Shown here: one piece after another, positions 47,485 through 60,500 of the stretch
How positions within the stretch are numbered: the first letter of the stretch is position 1
Layout: the number at the start of each line of letters is the position of its first letter
DNA from: Azolla caroliniana
Taxonomy: Eukaryota > Plantae > Polypodiophyta
DNA length: 64,000 bases
Direction of reading: 5' to 3'
Assembly (NCBI GenBank): GCA_043228905.1
Contig: JBHGNT010000010.1
Span: 10,726,001 to 10,790,000, forward strand
The notes under the pieces: model-generated
The model's input: only the letters and a program-made list of their open reading frames with translations
The model's database searches: none
Told to the model about the DNA's origin: nothing
Position numbers and translations under genes: made by a program

Positions 47485-49218
47485 ACGTGTTATCAATGAG
47501 ACAAACTACTACAAAAGGAATGACTATCAAATTCAGGACAAACAAGCTACCTTGTATATCCAAGGCGAACACCATGAGTTGAAAATTGTAAGTTCATAAC
47601 AAGGGTAACTAGTGTCAAATATGGTCATATAATGGACGTATTCACACTATCTGCTTGTCCAAACTAGGATAGGCTATTTCTATAAATAGCATAAAGGGCA
47701 GTACCCTAGTTTGGTTAGTATATAACCAACTTTGTAACTCGATGTTGTGTTGTTGCCATTACTTGTTCTTGAATAATACAAAGTTTGTATTTTGGCGCCT
47801 CTTTGTTTTTCCTTCTCTCCCTCTCTTGCTTTAAGTTATCTTAGCCTTCTTTATTCTTTGTTAACCGTTTCATTCAATAAACTTATTGTCTATTAACACA
47901 CATAATAGTGCATATAATGTTTGTAAAGAATCGGATATGATTCTATGCAGTGGAAGAGATATGTGTGTGTATGTGTGTGCGTGAGAGAGAGAGAGTGAGA
48001 GAGAACACAGTGTATATAGAAAACAAGAAAAATTGTATTAACAAGAACAAGAATGAACTAATAGTTACAAAGAGAAGGAGAAGGTGCTTATGTAGTCACC
48101 TTCTCTCTAAGTTCTCTCACCAGAACCGCCTCTTGGAAAAGAGGTGGATTCTTAACTACTTACTGAATATGTGTCATAGGGTATTAACTTATACGACACA
48201 TTAGTGATTAGAGAAAGGGGTGGGGTGTTCACACACTTGAGCAAACACGGGAAGTTAAGTTTCATTCTCAACACGCCCCTTCAAACGCAAGTCGCCAGAT
48301 AGTTGGTTCGAACTTTGGGTTGATTGTGACTTCGGATTGGCTATTGTGGATGATCGGCTCACTCCTGTGTCTGCTCTGCTCCGTTTGACTTCGTGTTAGC
48401 CTGCCCCTTATCCATACTCCCCATCAAACTCGGATGGTTGGCGATCGAAAGACCAAGGTTTGTCATGAACTACCACAACTTGTCAACTCCTAGGGCCTTT
48501 ATGAAGATGTCAACTATCAACAAACTCATGTTGATGTGTTGTAGATTGACATTTCCGGCTAGAACTCGGTCTCGGATGAAGTGATAGTGCACGTCAATGT
48601 CCTTGGTTCGATCATGAAATACAGGGTTCCGAGCTAGGTGAATACTGCTCATATTGTCGTAGTAGAGGAGAATCGGATCCTTGATGGGAATGCTCAGATC
48701 CTTCAATATTCTCTTAAGCCAAACGGCTTCACATGTGGCGACGACCACGCCCTTGTATTCGGCTTTTGTGCTCGACAATGCAACTGTCAATTGCTTCTTG
48801 CTACTCAAAGATATGGCTCCACTGTCGAAGGGGAAGACGAAGCCTGATGTTGATCGTTTGTCGGCTTTGTAGCCGACCCGGTCAACATTAGTATATTCTT
48901 TGAGTCGAATTGGTGTGCCTAACTTGTGGAGGATGTTGAAGTCCATCGTCCCACTTACATAGCGTAACACTCACTTAGCACACTCCAGGTGAGTGTTTCG
49001 TGGTGTTTGCGGAAATTGGCTAAGGAGGCCGACTGGGTAGCTGACATCGGGCCGAGTAATGGTGAGATAAATAATGCTCCCGACAAGCTTCTGATAGAAA
49101 GTCAATTCAAACTCTTCTGTGCCCGAATCGACATCTAGCCTTAGATTTCGATCAAGAGGGATAGTGACAGGCTTACACTCTGTCACCCCAAACTTGTAAA
49201 GAAGATTGAGGATATAAT

Positions 49219-49856
49219 TGTTGGTAGACAGGTCCCTCCGGATGGGAAGAGAGAAGAACAGTGCCGACGAACAAACTCGGCCGAGGCCGACAGGCCGAGG
49301 CCGAAACGGTATGAACCGGATGAGGAGTACCCGACTGCGGAGAGTCGGATGGTGTAGGCCCGGTATGAACCGGATGAGGAGCACCCGACTGCGGAGAGCC
49401 GGATGGAGCCCATCGAGGCTACCTTTGTAAATAGCCGAAAAGTCATATTAGTATAAATATGACTTAGGGCAAACTTTTAGTGTGTAAGCAGTTGTTGCTG
49501 TTGTGGTTATTCTTTCTTGTTGGTGCAAGAAGTAGAGAGAGTGTGTAACTGTACAGAGAGAGAGAGAGATATAGAGACGAGGTCGTTGCCTCTGTTGTAA
49601 CCGCCGCCTGTGGCGAAGATCTGAGAGCACGAGGTCGTTGCCTCAGTGACCTCACTGTTGTATATTTCCGCATAGTGACAGTTTGCAGCTTGTGGGCTGC
49701 CGTGGTTTTTCCCCTATTTTGGGGTTTTCCACGTATACCTCCTATGTACCATTTCTCCTCTTTTGTGTCGCATTTCATTACCTGGTTTTTTCTGTGTATG
49801 AAAAGAATCTCGGTTGTGGCCGAGCGTCGGACATAAGGAACGTCAAGATCCCAACA
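49219..49856 (+). mobile_element. Solo LTR of family C, TSD ATAAT
   Basis: TGTTGG...CCAACA; shares GTCATAT..TATAAATATGACTTAGGGC and CCGCCGCCTGTGGCG with C1; inserted in the RT of I copy 2. Confidence 0.9.
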
Positions 49857-50475
49857 ATAATGGCATTGGGAGATCATGATGTCGTCAAGAGTCGGAATTA
49901 CTTCTATCCTTCATGTCTTTCATTTCGAATAGGCTAGAGAGTATGTTCTTGATATGTTCAATACCTACCAAGTGCTCTCCTCCAAAAACCAAGTCATCCA
50001 CATATATTATGATAAATACCTATCCTCTAGAGTCTCTTCGGATGAACAAAGAATTGTTGGGTGAAGATTTGGTGAAGTTGGACATTTTAAAGCCGATTTG
50101 GTGAAGATATTGGGTTATCTTCGAATGTCATGCTCCGTGTGCCTGCTTGAGGCCGTAGAGAGGCTATTTGAGTCGGCAGACAATAGTCGGATGCATACTC
50201 AACTTGAATCCAAGTGGTTGTACCTTGTACACCTCCTCTTCTAAATCGCCTTGGAGAAAGGCGTTCTTTACATCCATTCGGTGCAGGTGCCACCCTTTGG
50301 CTGCTACAAGCATGATCATGGTTCGAATGGTTGTCATCTTTTCCACCGGGGCAAAGGTCTCTTCATAATCGACCCCGTGTGTATGCACATACCCTTTTTC
50401 CACAAGTCGGGCCTTATACCGATTGAAAGTGTCGTCAGCATTGTGCTTCACCTTGTATATCCACTAGCATCCGAT

Positions 50476-51501
50476 TGTTGGCATAAAAGGCTGACTCCTT
50501 TCTCTTTGTATCCTAGTGTGAACACGTCTTGAAGTTAGGGCTTGAGTACATAAGCTCAACCCTAACATTGTAACGATAATCTTGTATCTTGAGTCTTGTA
50601 GAGAGAGAGTTATAGAATAATAGAGAACTGAAGCTCAAACTGTGTCTATCTTCTTATTGTTGCATATTTGTGTCGTTTGTTGTGCATAGATCGACAGGTC
50701 CTCACACACACATACTTCTACACATCCTTTTGAATATGATCCAACAAGTGGCATCAAAGAGACTTGTTTTTTAGCAACGAAGAAAAGCATAGAGAAGAGG
50801 AACCCGCTAGCTGAAAGAAAAGAGCATATCAGTAAATCTCACTTCAAAAAGAACATGGCCTCAACATCTGGAACATGAGTTGAAATCCAGAAGTTCGATG
50901 GAGAAAACTTTTCCCTATGGAAGGAGATGATGCAAGACGTGTTGATCATTCAAAGTCAGGTTGAAGCCATTAGACATAGCGAAAAACCTACCTCAATGTG
51001 AGCCGAAGAGTGGAGATCAATAGATGAAATCGCACGCCACGCTCCACCATTCGGATGCATCTGGCCAAAAAAGTCTATTTCAATATGGCAAAGGAAACAA
51101 CAACATTCTCTTTGTGGGAAAAGTTTCAGGCAGTGTATGAGAAGAAGGCCACATCTTCAAAACTGATATTGATCCGACAACTATTGAACATGAAGATGAG
51201 AGAGACAAATTGAGCAACCTCCCACATCAACACCCTCAGTCGGGTTTTGTCTGAACTCTCCTCCCAAGGGATCAACTTCGAAGAAGAAGTGAAAGCCCTT
51301 GCCCTCCTATTGAGTTTGCCAGTGAGTTGGGAGATATTTTGCATGACTTTTGCAATAGTAGCCCTAGGCTAAACCTAGACGGAACTATTGGCCAAATCCT
51401 CACAGAGGACATTCGGCAAAAATCAATGGGACTCACCATGGACGAGTCTGCAGAAGCCCATCACTCGACTGAGTCGATCGACCGATCTAGTCGATCAAGA
51501 G
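50476..51501 (+). mobile_element. Copia G2 (duplicate of G1; LTR 50476-50746 plus gag)
   Basis: Collinear with 37052-38110. Confidence 0.8.
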
Positions 51502-51802
51502 TGGTTAGAATCAAACTCAACTGCTTGTGAGTGGGAACACACTCTAGGATACTCAAGTATGTGAACACCCGACCTCCTTGTATAGTAACTAGTGTGTCAT
51601 AGAAGTTAATGTCCTATGACACATATTCCTTAGGTAATCAAGACACAACCTGTTTCCCAAGAGGTTGTACTAGTGAGAGAACTTAGAGAGAAGGTGGTTG
51701 ATGTAGCCACTTTCTCCCTCTCGTTGTAAATATTGGTTATTCTTACTTCCTTGTAATACAAATTTTCTGATTTTTCTGTAATCGTGCTCTCTCTCTCTCT
51801 CA

Positions 51803-51853
<51 letters not shown>

Positions 51854-54800
51854 TCTTCCGGTGCACAGAATCCATCCGATTCTTTACATGGAATCAGAGT
51901 GCATGGTTGCTTGATCCAAACCCATCACCTCTGCGTGTGTTGTGCCTGATTCCACGTTCAACAAGAACTGATTGATCGTTGTAGCATCCATCTGCAGAAC
52001 TCACATCAAGAAGAAGAAGAAGAAGAAGAAGCTCAACATGAACACACAGATGGGAAGCGCTCTTCCTACCGAAAAGCTTGACAGAAACAACTTTGCATCT
52101 TGGGAGTACAAGGTGCACCAATACCTCATCGACCAAGGCTATTGGAGTTATGTTGAAGGGGCGAATGAGAATCAACCCAACCCAACACATGCCGACTACA
52201 CAGCTTGGGAGCAAGCGGTGAGTCGTGTGTTGTATTTCCTTGCATCATGCGTCCATGATCACATGCTTGGTTACATCCGAGAGGTCAAAACGCCGAAGGA
52301 GGCGTGGGGGAACCTCAAGAAGATTTTTGCAACCAACACGACCACAAGAAAGCTTCAACTCCGTCAAGAGTTGAACGGCATACAACATAGGGACATGTCA
52401 ATTGGCAGCTACACCTTGAAGATAAAGGAGTTGTGAGATGCCCTCGGGTCGATCAATGTTAGCATTGGCAACGATGAAATTGTGCAGATTTGCCTCAGAG
52501 GCTTAGCACCTCGGTTCAGGGCCATTCGGTCGGCTATCTTCGTGAGGAAGAAACCTCCCTCCTTCTTTGATCTCCAGTCGATGTTGTTGGTCGAGGAGAA
52601 TTATGTTCGAACAAGAAGCAATGCCCAAGAAGGTCAAATGCTCTATTCGAACTTCGATAGAGGAAGAGGACAAGGTCGGGGAAGAAGAGGCCGATTTGGT
52701 GAAGGCTGACACAACCAAGAGAAACCCCGACAACACAACTTCTATTACTGACAATATGTCTTCAACGCGCAAGGTGGAGCGTTCAGAAGAAGGGGGAACA
52801 ATCAGGCTGGACCCAACCCACAAAACTATCTCTCTCAATGAGGATATTGTGGCAAATTCGGCCATTGTGAAGCAGAGTGTCAGAAAAAGAAGAGTGAGTC
52901 GGACTCCACAAGCTGACAACTCACAAACTACACCTCAAACTCCGACTAAGATAATCGTGGCAGAATGTTTGTGATGAGGCACAGAGCGCACTCGATTACA
53001 GCCTCAAACCCGACCAACACCTCCAAACCAGAAGTTGTATGGTTTGTCGACTCAAGCGCATTGAACCACAGGACATGCCATGAGGATTGGTTCAAGGAAC
53101 TACGAAAGCTCGAACGAGTCAGCTATGTGGAAACTAGGATGACACAATTCACCCCATTCAAAATATCGGCAATGTCCCATTTGGGGAAGAAGGCAACCAA
53201 ACATACATCAAGAACGTTTTGTATGTTCCTACAATAGAAAAGAACCTAGTCTCAGTTGCCCAAATAGTCGAACAATGCATGCAAGTCCACTTCAACGATG
53301 GAGGATCCATCGAAAAAGAAGGCCGACTCATCGCTAGGGGTCGGAGAGAAGGTTAGATGTTCATCCTTGACTCTCACGAGATGAATTTAGCAATGTATGC
53401 CAAGGGCCTGAGAGTCGATGCCGACATAGAGTTGTGGCAGAAGAGGATAGGTCACATCAATTTCCAAAAGCTCAAGGGAATTTAGTCGAAAGGAGTTGTC
53501 ACCAGACTCCCGACCTTCACCAAAAAGGAAATTGCAGGCGTGTGTGAAGCTTATCAATTTGGCAAACAACACTGGAAATTGTTCCCAAAGGAGAGGAACA
53601 CAAGAAAAGGGATCTTGGATGTAATACATTCAGATGTATGGGGACCAACCCAGATGGCAACATTCGGTGGTTGCCGGTGCTACGTAATGTTCATCGACTT
53701 CTCCAGACATACCTGGATCTACCCCATGCGGTAGAAGAGCGAAGTGTTCATAAATTTCCAAAGGTTCAAACACGAAGTCGAAAAGGCAACCAGTCGGCAT
53801 GTCCAATGCCTCGATCGGACGGCGGCAAGGAGTACTTCTCTGACGCCTTTACAACATATCTTCGACAAGAAGGAATACAACAGGAGTCTACCTACAGGCA
53901 CACACCTCAGCAAAACGAAGTAGCCGAACGCAAGAATCAGCACATACTCGAGGTGGCAAGGGCAATGATGAATGCGAAACATCTGCCAAAGTCAATTTGG
54001 GTTGAAGCGGTGAATACATTGTTTATCTGATGAATCGCTGCACAACATCAGGAGTGCACAAAGTTACCCCCTGCGAAAAGTTCTATGGGAAGAAACCGGA
54101 TCTACCTCATGTTAGGATATTTGGTTCAATTGCATATGTACATATTCTCAACGACTTGCAGCAGAAGCTCTATCTCAAGTCGGAGAAATGTATACTCGTA
54201 GGGTACTCACTCGAGCAAAAAGGGTATAAATGCTTCAACCCTTCCACCAAGAAGTTACGAGTGAGTACAGATGTAGTATTCAACGAGTCAACATCCTGGT
54301 ATACACGTGAATCAGCCCCATCCGACACAATCGAAACCGAGTTCGACACAGATGCAGAGGAGGATGATCGGTTGAGGCTCACATCAGAGGAATGTCCAAT
54401 CTCAACCAGGTTGAGTGGACCGCAAGAGGCTCCAAGTGACCAAAACACGTCGCAACCAAGTCTGAAACAAGAGAAAGGAAAGGTCAAAATGCCTAAGTAC
54501 GAAGAATCAGTTGGAAATGAATAGACTCACTTATCCGACAATGAGTTTGGTAGATTGGATGTCCCCATCATGAGGACACCTAGTGAACCATGTCGATCCA
54601 CCTAAGAAAAGAACATAGTCAGCCGATTCAGCCACAACGATTACATGGCATATAATTATGCATTCATGATGAAGGTGTCCGTAGTCCGAGAACTGGAAAA
54701 CTACTCCGAAGCCGCGAAACACCCGAGCTAGGTTGAAGTGATGGATGAGGAGATGCAAGAACTCTCCAAGAATGAGACATGCGAGCTCGTCCCTTCTTCA

Positions 54801-55646
54801 AACCACCAAAAGGCAATTGGATATCGATGGATCTTCAAGATAAATCACAACGCCGACGACATTGTCCATCGGTACAAGGCTCGACTTGTGGCAAAGGGGT
54901 ACGTGCAGACGCACGGTGTCGACTACGAAGAGACCTTTGCCCCAGTGGCAAAGATGACTACAATTCGAACCGTGATCGCGCTTGTAGCAGCAAAAGGGTG
55001 ACACCTCCACCAAATGGACGTAAAGAATGCCTTTTTACAATGCGAGTTAGACGAAGAGGTGTACATGGTGCAACCTCCCAGATTTGTGTCGACTACACAT
55101 CCGACTGTTGTTTACCGACTCAAAAAGCCTCTCTATGGCCTGAAGCAAGCACTAAGAGCATGACATTCGAAGATAACACAATATCTTCATCAAATCAGCT
55201 TTTAACATGTCCAAGTTTAACAACTATTTGTTCATTTGGAGCGACTCCAGAGGATAGGTATTTATCATCATGTATGTGGATGATTTGGTCATAGGAGGAG
55301 AACGTTTAGTGGATATTGAGCACATCAAGAAGCTCCTCTCTAGCCGATTCGAAATGACCAATATGAAGTAGTTCGGACTCTAGAGGGTATCATGCTTTCT
55401 CAAAAGCCCTATACCCTCAATCTTCTTTACAAGTTTGGGATGACACAGTGTAAGCCCGTCATTACTCCTCTCGATCGAAATCTAAAGCTAGATGCCGACT
55501 CAGACACTAGAGAGTGTGAGCCGATGCATTATCGTCAACTAGTCAAAAGCCTCATCTACTTCACAATTACCCGACCCGACCTGAGTTACCTGGTCAGCCT
55601 CCTTAGCGAGTGTATGCAAACTCTGACCCGACCCGACCTGAGTTAT
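51502..55646 (+). mobile_element. 3'-truncated Copia F (E-like interior; LTR 51502-51888, PBS 51889, gag from 52038)
   Basis: MNTQMGSALPTEKLDRNNF gag, HSDVWG, YVDD; ends in late RT at TRPDLSY; many stops. Confidence 0.85.
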
Positions 55647-57381
55647 CCGTCTTTGCTTGGAGTTTTGGGATGTAGCCTACCGCCATCGGCCAATCAAGTC
55701 TGGCTTGAGACTTGTGACCGAGTCGTCCATGCCATAAGTTTGGGTTGGTCTTTTCGGCTAAGTTTACGACCCCTTCTGGATTGATCGCCATTAATGGGTA
55801 CAGGTTGTTGTGCTTGTGCCCGCCTCCTATCTTCAAGTTTCCTCGGCTGATCATCGATACCAACTCACTTAGAGTCATTTTGTACCCGTCTTCGGCTAGC
55901 ATGCCGATGGAGACGAGACTCCTTTTCAGATTAAGTACATGCCGAAATCGGTGTAGGGTTATTGTGTTGCCATTTAGCAATCGTATGGGAACCTCTCCGG
56001 TCCCTGCAATTATGCACTCATGCCTGTTGCCTAGATGAACTGTGCCACTGGTGTCGGCTGAATAGTCCGCAAACCATTCAATGTTGGGGGTCACATGGAA
56101 TGTGCCACTAGAATCTAGTAGCCAGGTGTGTGCATCATGTGCACTATAGAGGACTTCTCCGATCACTAAATCCTCTAAGGAGAGAACTTCTCCTGATCGG
56201 GATTCGGCAACGTTGATTTGGTTGTCGACTGGAGAGTGGTCCGAGTCGGGTTGTCCTCAATTCCGCTCGGATCGCCGACCACTCTCTTTCCTCTTGATTG
56301 AACAGCTATCAGAAACATTGTGGCGAGCTTTTCTGTAGTGTGTGTAGAATTCGCTTGATCCGCCTGTTCTCGACTTCGACCGTTGTTGGTCTCCCCTTAT
56401 TTTTTATCGATTGGTATTCCGACTGGTTCTGTCGGCTTGTTCTCTCGTATGACTCTGGCGGTCCAACGACTCGGTCGAGTGATGGGCTTCTGCCGATTCA
56501 TCGATGGTAAGTCCCATCGATTTTCATCAAATGTCCTCGGTGAGGACTTGGCTAATCGTCTCATCCAGATTTAGGATCAGTCGGCTGTTGGCGTATGTCG
56601 TACAAAATACCTCCCAACTCGCCAGCAAGCTCGATAGGAGGGCAAGGGCTTTCACTTCTTCTTCGAAGTTAATCCCTTGTGAGGACAGTTCTAACAACAC
56701 CCGGTTGAAGGTGTTGATGTGGGAGGTAGCTGGATCAGTCTCTCTTATCTTCATGTTGAACAATTGTTTGATCAAAATCAATTTTGAAGATGAGGACTTT
56801 TTCTCGTAAATGACTTGTAGTTTCTCCCATAGTGAGAACGTTGTCGTCTCTTTTGCCATGCTGAAGTAGACATTTTCGGTTAGGTGCATTCGAATGGTGG
56901 AGCGTGCAATTTCGTCCATTGATCTCCACTCATCGGTTGACATTGAAGCAGGCTTTTCGGAGTTTTGAATGACCTTGACTTGTCTTCGAATAATCAGTAC
57001 GTCCTACATCATCTCCTTCAATAGGGCAAAGTTTTTGCCGTCGAATTTTCAGATCTCAACTCCTGTATTAGATGTTCATGCCGTGATTCTTTCGGAAGTG
57101 AGATTTACTAACCTAGACTTTTCTATCAGCCCTTTCTGTTGTCTGTTGCCGCCAAGCAGCAAATCGCTCTGATACCAGTTGAAGCATAAGTGTATGCGGA
57201 AACGTATGAGGATTTGTCTCAGTTCACACTCAGAAAACAACACAGAAAGAGAAGCAATGATATACACAGATTGAAGCTTTAATGGAAGCTCTATTACGTT
57301 CTCTGTCTCACTCTCTCAGAGACTCAATATCCAGTATATGGTCAAGATGATTATTCTTTACAACGTTAGGTTATTGCTTAT
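55647..57381 (-). mobile_element. Truncated Copia G3 (gag-PR, PBS 57166-57177, LTR interrupted by H)
   Basis: MSTDEWRSMDEIARSTIRMHL, WLLDSSGTFH, LWHGRLGH; GCTCTGATACCA on the + strand. Confidence 0.8.
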
Positions 57382-57559
57382 TGTTGAGAGTCGAACTCAA
57401 CTTCCCATAGTAATAGGTTTCACACTAGCTCATGGTTATACCATGCTAGTTTTGTAAATAGTAGAAAGGGCACCTGCCCTAGTTTAGTTTGTATTTAAAC
57501 CAACCCCTTGTAACTTAGTTATTGTTGGAAATATTTTGGTTAATGTAGCATACAGTCGT

Positions 57560-57594
<35 letters not shown>

Positions 57595-60500
57595 TTTTGC
57601 CTTACGTACACACACAGTCCTTCCGTTGCATCTCAGCCACTCTTGCACCTCATTCCTTTACATGGTATCAGAGTGTTTGGTTGCTTAATTGAATCTATTC
57701 AACTGTGTTGTGGTACACGCCGACGATCAACAGAACCGTCTTATCAACAGAGAAGAAATCGACATAATGAACACTCAGATGGGAAGCGCTCTTCCTACCG
57801 AGAAGCTTGACAGAACGAATTTTGCATCTTGGGAATACAAGATGCATCAATAGCTTGTTGGACAAGGTTATTGGAGCTACATTGAAGGAGCTCACGAAAC
57901 TCAACCCAACCCAACACATGTCGACTATCCCGCTTGAGAGTAGGCTGCAAGCCGTGTGTTGTATTGCCTTGCATCATGCGTTCATGATCATATGCTTGGC
58001 TATATTCAAGATTCAAAAACACCAAAAGAAGCTTGGGGAAATCTCAAGAAGATTTTTGCGGCCAACATGGCTGCATGAAAGCTCCAACTTCGACAGGAGC
58101 TAAACAACATGCAACAGAGGGACATGTCGATCACCGGCTACACCTTAAAGATCAACGAGTTGTGTGATGCCCTCCGTTCGATTAATGTCGTAATTGACGA
58201 TGACGAGATGGTGCAAATATGCCTCGGCGGCTTAGCAACCCGATTTGGCTAGATTAGATCGGCCATCCTTGCAAGGGAGAACCCTCCTTCATTTTTCGAT
58301 CTCCAATCAATATTGTTGGTTGAGGAAAATCACGCTCAACAAAGGAGCAACGCACCAGAGGGTCATACACTCTACTCCCAGTCCGATGATAGAAGAAATT
58401 TTGGTCGTGGAAATAGAGGTCGATCCGAACAAGGCCATAATGGTCGGCAAACTCAAGAGCATAACTCCCACCAATGGCAAGCGGACAAGAACGGTCCCAA
58501 AGAGTTCGACAGAAGAGGGAGTCATCACACCAGTCCGAGAAATCGTAACAACCCGATCGAATGCGGGTGTTATGGAAGACACAGTCACTATGAAGAGGAG
58601 TGCCGGAAAAAGGTATGAGACTCGGCTTCAACTAGCCGACAGCTCACGAACTACGCATCGAATTCCGACTACGAAGATCGTAGCGGAATGTTTAAAAATT
58701 AGGCCACAAATCCGACTACGTCGATTGTGGCGGAATGTTCATAGTGAGGCACGAAGCACACTCGATGTCAGCACGGGCCTCAACTAGTGCCTTTGCCTCA
58801 AATAATGTATGTTTTTTTGACTCGGGAGCATCTAACCACATGACGTCTCATGAAGATTGGTTTCGGGAATTACGAAAACCCGAACGACACGGATATGTCC
58901 AGACAAGCGATGACACGACTCATCCAATACAACATATCGGGAACGTCCCATTCGGAAACAACGACAAATAAACCTATCTCAAGAACGTACTACATGTCCC
59001 TACCATCACGAAAAACCTGGTCTCGGTCGGCCAGATTGTCGAACAAGGAATGCAGGTACAATTCAACAATGACGGGTGCTTCATCGAAAGAGGCGGACAA
59101 GTCGTAGCCCACAGTCGACGAGAAGGTCGAACGAGGTAACGTTAGCCATGTTTGCAAAGGGCCTTAAAGTCGAAATTGACATAAATCTGTGGCACAAGAG
59201 AATTAGCCACATCAATCTCCAAAAACTCCTGAACATGCAATCGAAAGGAGTCATAATCAGACTCCCGAATTTTACCGCGAAGGAGATTACGAGCATATGC
59301 GAAGTGTGCCAGTTCAGAAAGCAACGCCGACATCCATTCCCGAAAGAGCGGAATGTGAGCAAAGGGATCCTGGATTTCATACATTCGGATGTATGGCGAC
59401 CAGCCCAGACAAGCACACTCGGCGGATGCCAATATTACGTCATGTTCATCGACGACTTCTCCAGGCACACCTAGATCTACCCGATGAGACAAAAGAGCGA
59501 AGTGTTCAGACACTTCCAAAGGTTCAAGGCCGAAGTCCAAAAAACTACGGGTCAGCGCATACGCTGCCTTAGATCGGATGGAGGCAAAGAATACTTTTCG
59601 AATGAGTTTACGGCGTATCTCTTAAAGGAAGGAATCCGACGAGAATTCTCATGTCGTCACACACCTCAGCAGAATGGCGTAGCTAAGCGTAAAAACCGGC
59701 ACATACTAGAAGTCGCTCAGGCTATGATGAATGAGAAGAAACTACCGAAATGGTACTGGGTAGAAGCGGCGAACACGGTTGTATACCTCATGAATAGGTG
59801 CACAACCTCGGGAGTACACGACGTAACTCCTCATGAGAAGTTCTTTGGAAAGAAGCCGGACTTATCACATGTCCGCATTTTTAGCGCAATCACTTACGTG
59901 CATATTCCCGACAATACGCGACAAAAGCTCGACCTGAAGTCAGAGAAATGTATCCTCGTAGGATACTCACTCGAACAAAAGGGGTACAAATGCTACAACC
60001 CATTTACCCGAAAAGCTCGCGTAAGTCGAGAAGTCATTTTCGACGAGTCTACATCCTGGTACGCACCAAAAATAACTACGACTCTGACTCCGCTCGACCT
60101 GGAATCTGCCGAAATGGAGATAGAAGACGAAGATCGGCTCACGCGCATGTACGAAGAAAGCCCGATTAAGACACGACTTAGTGGACCACGGGAGCCCCGA
60201 GTGACCAAAGCACATTTCGACCGAGTCCGAAACTCGACAAAGGGAAGGCCAAGATGTCTGAATAGGAAGATCCAATCAACAACACGTCAACTCACTCCCT
60301 TGACAGTGAGTTCGAAGGCCTGGACATCCCAATCATCCGGATAGATGGAGCGAAGAAAACCTTAGGATCCACAAACGAGAAGCTCCGCCGATCCACCCGT
60401 GAAAAGAACCCCGTAAACCGATTCGGCTACAACGATTATATGGCGTACCATTACGCCTTCATGATGAAGGTAGCGTCAGTACGGGAGCCGGAGATGCTTT

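Larger units (their letters stand above)
44941..51501 (+). repeat. Tandem segmental duplication, unit 2 (two private solo LTRs; cut by F)
   Basis: Same order of fragments and same junctions as unit 1, with many substitutions and indels. Confidence 0.85.
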
